Notes under the pieces: generated by a model
The model's database searches: none
Seen by the model: the letters and a program-made list of their open reading frames with translations, nothing else
What the model was told of the DNA's origin: nothing
Assembly (NCBI GenBank): GCA_951406725.2
Contig: OX597833.1
Location: forward strand, 21,886,001-21,950,000
Source: Octopus vulgaris
Taxonomy: Eukaryota
Reading direction: 5' to 3'
DNA length: 64,000 bases
Position numbers and translations under genes: made by a program
Part shown: positions 57,379 through 64,000 of the stretch, piece after piece
Position numbering within the stretch: position 1 is the stretch's first letter
Layout: each line of letters starts with the position of its first letter

Positions 57379-57780
57379 AGGCGCAGGAGTGGCTGTGTGG
57401 TAAGTAGCTTGCTTATCAACCACATGGTTCCAGGTTCAGTCTCGCTGCATGGCACCTTGGGCAAGTGTCTTCTACTATAGCCGTGGGCCGACCAAAGCCT
57501 TGTGAGTGGATTTGGTAGACGGAAGCTGAAAGAAGCCCGTCGAGTATTTATATATATATATGTGTGTATGTATGTTTGTGTGTCTGTGTTTGTCCCCCCA
57601 ACATCGCTTGACAACCGATACTGGTGTGTTTACGTCCCTGTCAATTAGTAGTTCGGCAAGAGAGACCGATAGAATAAGTACTAGGCTTACAAAGAATAAG
57701 TCCTGGGGTTGATTTGCTCGACTAAAGGCGGTGCTCCAGCATGGCCGCAGTCAAATGACTGAAACAAATAAAAGAATAAA
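57379..57780 (+). mobile_element. SINE-A; further + copies at 61060-61470 and 61605-62080
   Basis: Full-length match to the consensus. Confidence 0.88.
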
Positions 57781-58646
57781 ATAATATTTTATAGCTAATA
57801 TGTTAGTAATTCATATGAAATGCTTTATGTGTAACTTGAACGTTTTTAATAGATGTGGTCTCTGATGCGTTTGTTGCGTGGTATTTTTGTTTGTATTGTT
57901 CTTTGGCATGTTTTATTAGTTCTTTTATTTATTTTCAGAATAGCCAATGTTGCCTGGCGCTTATCCAGTGGATTCGTTTGTCAGGGAGGGATTCAGAACT
58001 GGACAAATAAAAACTGCAAGCAGTACAAATGTAACTCCTTCTGGACACACAAATGGGGAATAACAGATGCATGACGTCCGTTTTACACTTAAAGCACAAA
58101 CGGAAACAGCGAAATATCCACAGAAATACAAAATTTCAGTGGGAAAATCCCAACTTGGAAATATCATCCACCACAAAGTGAAGAATTAGGTAAAGAAATG
58201 CTTTTTCTTGTACTTGTTCCATCACCGCCGGATTGCGGCCATGCTAGAGCACCGCCTTGAAAGGTTTTTAGTTGAATAAATCGACTCCAGTTCTTGTGTT
58301 TTTCTATCTTTAACCTTGGTGCTAATTCTATCGATCTCTTTGGTCTGAACTGCTAAGCTACAGGTAGGTAAATAAACAACATCAGCTGCCAAGGTGAGTG
58401 TAGGATTGACAAACACACACACACACACATATGTATGTGACGGGATTCCACACAGTTTCCGTCTACCAGATCTGCTCACGGGGCTATAGTAGAAGATACT
58501 TGTTCAGGGAACTGAATGCGAAACCAAGTGGTTGGGATTCATTCCCCACCTATCACCGTTTGTATTGTGTTGTCCCCTCCCCCCCACGTCATTGTCACGA
58601 CCATCCACACTCCAACACCAACCAGCATCTACGAATCCCTTACACA

Positions 58647-58684
<38 letters not shown>

Positions 58685-58704
58685 TCCTGTCCCATCCCAG
58701 CATG

Positions 58705-58996
58705 GGATCTTTTCGGTTTGAACGGCAGTTTTTTAAAATAATTTCTGCAATTTCAACCAATCAATGACGTCTATTGAGGTGAAACCATTCTGTGCCTTAT
58801 TAATATGTCCCTCGTTTAAGAAACAGATTGGGTTTATTTACATTTCTGAAGAAAAAAAAGGTACCCTTCCCCCCACCCCTAATCCTAACCCTAAAACAGA
58901 TTGAAATGCAATAGATCGATACTAGGGTCATAATTATGGGTGACAATTTCATATGACACCGCTAGAAAAAAACTGCCGTTCAAACCGAAAAGATCC
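58705..58996. mobile_element. MITE copy 2, internally deleted
   Basis: Same TIRs; perfect 8-bp TSD CCAGCATG. Confidence 0.9.
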
Positions 58997-59166
58997 CCAG
59001 CATGATGTACCGCCTCCCTCAGCTGATAGTCTAAGTATCCTTACGGCGATATTCGCGGATCACATGGTTTCTCAAGCTGCTAGAAATGGCAGTCGTATCT
59101 CACTAAAATTACATGCTGTTGGCTTTAAAGAGAACGAAAGACATTTGGATGACAAGGATTTGAAAT

Positions 59167-59330
59167 CACTAGCGTAGCTTGAGTGTCTGCTGTCCGGTGG
59201 GGCTAACTAAAGGGCTGCCCCCAGGCCCCTACAAAAAATACATATTGGCTACAGCAGACCCAAAAGTGGTGCCCTCTTCATAAAAGTGCCGCTTGGGGTA
59301 GACCGCTCCCTTCTCCCCCTCTCCCCGAAA
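59167..59330 (+). mobile_element. Short hAT-like non-autonomous element (end CACTAGCGTA); partial copies at 2829-2947 and 1425-1534
   Basis: Shared ACAAAAAACATATATTG.CTACAGCA.ACCCAAAAGTG core; left end here, complementary right end TACGCTAGTG at 2938-2947. Confidence 0.55.
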
Positions 59331-60252
59331 TGTACTGTTACCTGGGAAATGCGACGTGATGGTCTCGACTGAAACACCTTTAAGGTTTATTCCAAGACTG
59401 GGTAACGGTTTTTCGAGAAGTGGGCCGCATGAGGCCGCAATCGGACCATAACTGGTCCACTCGACTAGGGCTAAACAACAACAGTAACGACAACCTCCCG
59501 GTTGTTTCTGAATCATCTACCTCCCATCTCTTTGTGCGGCAGTAGCTCCTGTTGCTTTGATGTCTCTCACCACCACCATCACCATCACCATCACCATCAC
59601 CACCACCACCACCACCACTAACATTTTACACCATCATCATTATCATCATCACCACTACCATCACGCCCATTGCCTCCACCACCACCACCACCATCATCAC
59701 TCACCACCATCAACATCACCACCACTACCACCACCATCATCACTACTACAACCATCACCATCACTACCACCACCACCACTAACATTTTACACCATCATCA
59801 TCACCACCACCATCACGCCCACTGCCTCCACCACCACCACCACCACCAACATCACCACTACCACCACCACCACTATCACCATCATCACTACTACAACCAT
59901 CACCATCACTACCACCACCACCACTAACATTTTACACCATCATCATTATCATCATCACCACCACCACCACTAACATTCTACACCATCATCACCACCACCA
60001 CCACTAACATTCTACACCATCATCACCACCACCATCACCATCACCACTACTACAACCATCAACATCACCACCACCACCATCACCATCATCACCACCACCA
60101 CCACCGCTATTTCACGCCTATCCCTCCCCCCTCCCTCCCTCCCTACGTACGCAACACTTTTACTACACACTGCATGTCTCTCAGTGGAAGTAGGAAGCGT
60201 GAAAGAGATAAAGATAGAAAAAAGCCTGTTTAGATAGCAAATCTTTTTATTT

Positions 60253-60288
<36 letters not shown>

Positions 60289-62594
60289 TTATTTACTTAT
60301 TTATTTATCTATTTATTTCTTCCAGAAGTGTGAATCAGCAGGGTCGGTATTCTTGCATACGTACGTGTATAATAACCTCTCTCATTCTCTCTCTCACCAC
60401 TCTTTTTTCTTTCTCTTCATCTCTGGTTTACTGCCGCCGCCGCCGCCGTCGCAGATGCTGTTGTTGTTGTTGTTGTTGTTGCTACTACTACTGCGAAGAA
60501 AGATGTGTCTTGTCTGACTGCTGTTCCGGTTCAGAGGTTCACGGAGTGCAGCCAAGATGTTCAGTTCGAGCTAGAATCACAGTCACCTGCATTTTTTTTT
60601 TCTTATTACTCTTTTACTGGTTTGGCAGTCATTGGATTGCGGTCAGGCTGGAGCACCGACACGAAGGGCTATAAACGCGCACACACACACACATGCATGC
60701 ATACGAGGCACATGTATGGCTGTGTGGCTAAGAAGCTCGCTTTGCAAGTTGCAGAGACATAATCAAACCAACATAGATTGTCAAGCAATGGTGGGCGACA
60801 AGCACACACACACATATGCTATATATGCGACGGGCTTCTTTCAGTTTCCGTCTACCAAATCCACTCCCAAAGCTTTGATCAGCCTGAGGCTATAACAGAA
60901 GACACTTGCCCAAGGTGCCATGCATTGGGATTGAACCCAGAACCATTTGGTTTGGAAGCAAGCTTCCTGACCTTGAGAAAAGAAAAGAACTGAATTTCTA
61001 ATCTATTATTTTATATTCAACAGTTAAGCCGCAATGTCACATCAATAACAAAATGAAGAAGGAGTGGCTGTGTGGTAAGTAGCTTGCTAACCAACCACAT
61101 GGTTCCGGGTTCAGTCCCACTGCGTGGCATCTTGGGCAAGTGTCTTCTGCTATAGCCTCGGGCCGACCAATGCCTTGTGAGTGGATTTGGTAGACGGAAA
61201 CTGAAAGAAGCCTGTCGTATATATGTATATATATATAAAAGTGTGTGTGTGTGTGTGTGTGTATGTTTGTGTGTCTGTGTTTGTCCCCCTAGCATTGCTT
61301 GACAACCAATGCTGGTGTGTTTACGTCCCCGTCACTTAGCGGTTCGGCAAAAGAGACCGATAGAATAAGTACTGGGCTTACAAAAGAATAAGTCCCGGGG
61401 TCGAGTTGCTCGATTAAAGGCGGTGCTCCAGCATGGCCGCAGTCAAATGACTGAAACAAAAAGAATAAAAAAAAAAGAATAAAGATGAAGGCGGCGCACA
61501 TGTAAGGTTTCGTCCCAAACGAGGCTTGAGTCAGTCCTCTGTAGCAGAAAAGACTACAAAGAAGGAAAAAAAGGGTTTTACAAATTCAAAAGACGTGGAT
61601 TGATAGGCGTAGGCGTGGCTGTGTGGAAAGAAGCTTGCTTACCAACCACATGGTTCAGGGTTCAGTCCCACTGCATGGCACCTTGGGCAAGTGTTTTCTA
61701 CTATAGCCTCGGACCGACCAAAGCCTCATGAGTGGATTTGGTAGACGGAAGGTGAAAGAATATATATATATACCATTGTATATATATATATGTGTGTGTG
61801 TTTGTGTATATATGTATGTGTATGTATGTTTATACATACAGGGTGCAGTGAATAAACTATTGTCTAAATTACGCAAAAATGTGTGTGTGTGGGGGGGGGG
61901 TGTTTGCCCCCCCTCCACCGCTTGACAACCGATGCTGGAGTGTTTATGTCCTCGTAACTTTAGCGATTCGACAAAAGATAACCAATAGAATAAGTACTAG
62001 GCTTACAGAGAATAAGTTCTGGGGTCGATTTGTTGCTCCAGCATAGCCACAGTCAAATGAATGAAACAAGTAAAAGAAAAAGAGAATTGATAGAAAGCTT
62101 AAAAGACTAAAAATCAAAGAACAAAAAGAAACAAGATGATGGTAGAGAGTTTCAGAGAGCAGTAGTTTGAAGAAAGAATCTAATACAATTAAAGGACTTG
62201 TGACTAACATGAAGCTCAACAGAGAAACGATGTGCTTTGGAAGAGAAGCTTCATTTCTACACTAGGTACAAAGCCTGAAACTTTTGGGGAGGAGGCCACT
62301 CAATCAGATCGACCCCAGTACGCAACTGCTACTTAATTTATCGACACTGTATGGTTGAAAGGCAAAGTTGACCTCGGCGGAAGTTGAACTCAGAACATAA
62401 AGACAGACAAAATAAGCGTGTAACACATTGACACGTTTAAATGTCTATACTCTTAAAAAACATGATGTTCACACCACCTAGAGTTAGGGTTTACTTGGAG
62501 GGAAAATCCTTTAGCTTACGTCCAGTTTGCATTTTATTTTCAGATTAAAGTATACTTTTGGAGTAGAGTTTCCCATGTAGGAATTAAAGTATTG

Positions 62595-63020
62595 GGATCT
62601 TTTCGGTTTGAACGGCAGTTTTTAACATAATTTCTAGGTAACTAAAAAATTTTAAACTTCGTATACTGGTAGAATGTGTTTATAAAACATCTTTTTCTCT
62701 TGGCTTTATTGAGAAAATTCTATAGTTTGTAAGATATTTGTTGTTTTGTTTCTTCAATTTCTGCAATTTCAACCAATCAGTGACGTCTATTGAGTTAAAA
62801 AGCATTCTGTGCCGTATAAATATGTCCTTCGTTTAAGAAACAGATTGGGTTTATTTACATTTGTGAAGAAAAAAAGATACCCTTCCCCCACCCCTAACCT
62901 TAACCCTAACTAACCCTAAAAGAGATTGAAATGCAATAGATTGATTCTAGGGTTATAATTATGGGTAACAATTTCATATGACACCGCTAGAAAAAACTGC
63001 CGTTCAAACCGAAAAGATCC
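62595..63020. mobile_element. MITE copy 3
   Basis: Same TIRs; perfect 8-bp TSD AAGTATTG. Confidence 0.92.
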
Positions 63021-63045
63021 AAGTATTGGGCTGGAAAGTAAGTCT

Positions 63046-63272
63046 TGTGTTTTTGACATTGAACGGTCAACGTCGCCCATTGTCTCCCTTGATAAAAGGA
63101 CTTTCACTTTGTTTCCGGCCAAAACAATTAACTTGTACAACAACGGCAGTCGAATAAAGTATCTTGTATCGTTAACACGTTGTTTCAGTCTCTCTCATTT
63201 TCTTAATCTTTCATACTAAGTACTCACTACTTCCTTTAATACTCAATACATTATATATATATAACAACAACA
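63046..63272 (+). mobile_element. Putative 5' LTR (left boundary uncertain)
   Basis: Ends in CA before the PBS and has AATAAA near 63153. The TG start is a guess because the 3' LTR lies outside the window. Confidence 0.45.
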
Positions 63273-63283
63273 TGGTGTCAGAA
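63273..63283 (+). promoter_or_regulatory. Primer binding site of the LTR element (tRNA-Leu type)
   Basis: ACA|TGGTGTCAGAA directly after a CA LTR-type end and 68 nt before the gag ATG; complementary to the 3' end of tRNA-Leu(CAA)-like tRNAs. Confidence 0.8.
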
Positions 63284-63350
63284 TACTAAAAGAACCCAAA
63301 ATACAGAAACCAAAGGAAAAAAGAAGTTGAAATCATACTTCAAAGACGAA

Positions 63351-64000
63351 ATGGAAAATTTACCGCATCCAAAAGACCTAGACTTTAATCAGGAAAATCT
63401 AGCCGCAGCATGGAAAAAGTGGAAAAAAGAATTCAATCTCTTTTTGATAGCAACAGAAAGTGACATGAAGCCAGACAAAGTAAAAACTTCAATGTTTTTA
63501 ACTTGCATCGGTTCTAAAGGCCGAGATATCCATTCCACACTGGATTTCGATTCACCCGACGAAGAAATGAACCTTCAGACAGTAATCGAAAAATTCGATG
63601 CATATTGTGAACCCAGGAAAAACATAACTTTCCTAAGACACAAATTCTTCACATGTGGACAAGCGGAACATCAAAAATTCGATGAGTACGTAGTAGAGTT
63701 GCGCCAAAAGGCACAACAGTGCGAATTCGGCAACCTCACAGACAGTCTCACCAAAGATATTCTGATATGTGGAATCAGAGACATGAGATTAAGAGAAAGA
63801 TTATTGAGAGAACCAAATTTAGACCTACAAAAAACAATTCAAGCAGGTCAGAGTGCAGAGCAAACACGACTCCAATCAAGGATGCTAAATGCCACATCCG
63901 AAACAAGAGATAACGAAATCTCGAGGGTATATAGTCAACACGACAGAAAAGGCGCCAAAACCCAAATAGCCCGCCATATGCAATCCAGACATCAAAACGA
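63351..64000 (+). CDS. gag: Ty3/Gypsy LTR retrotransposon gag ORF, open to window edge
   Basis: Hand translation from ATG 63351 gives 216 codons with no stop: MENLPHPKDLDFNQENLAAAWKKWKKEFNLFLIAT...FLTCIG...KFDAYCEPRKNITFLRHKFFTCGQ...LRQKAQQCEFG...ICGIRDMRLRERLLREPNLDLQKTI, a typical invertebrate Gypsy (Mag-like) capsid pattern. Missing from the ORF track because it has no stop in the window. Confidence 0.92.
   Translation, partial: MENLPHPKDLDFNQENLAAAWKKWKKEFNLFLIATESDMKPDKVKTSMFLTCIGSKGRDIHSTLDFDSPDEEMNLQTVIEKFDAYCEPRKNITFLRHKFFTCGQAEHQKFDEYVVELRQKAQQCEFGNLTDSLTKDILICGIRDMRLRERLLREPNLDLQKTIQAGQSAEQTRLQSRMLNATSETRDNEISRVYSQHDRKGAKTQIARHMQSRHQN

Noticed and set aside
60490-60590. Unique GC-balanced island as an exon
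   Set aside because: No convincing acceptor and donor pair on either strand.

Overview
Repeat-saturated, AT-rich animal DNA with no complete host gene. The SINE set and microsatellite density suggest an octopus genome (inference). Nearly all ORFs in the supplied track are microsatellite or SINE artefacts. Most of the window is three tRNA-headed SINE families (here A, B, C) plus simple repeats. It also holds decayed LINEs (R4/Dong, RTE, RTE-X), a Penelope-like GIY-YIG remnant, mariner and pogo ends, four GGATC-ended MITEs with 8-bp TSDs, a tRNA-Arg(TCT) pseudogene, and an uninterrupted Gypsy gag running off the right edge. The main hidden signal is about ten minimal hammerhead-ribozyme (HHR) motifs in short Penelope-type fragments, many inserted in (TA)n tracts. 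They include canonical cores, a G3-C8 swapped core and a repeated A6U family, and two inverted duplications break at the ribozyme. A few isolated candidate exons occur on both strands. All alignments were done by eye, so element boundaries are approximate.
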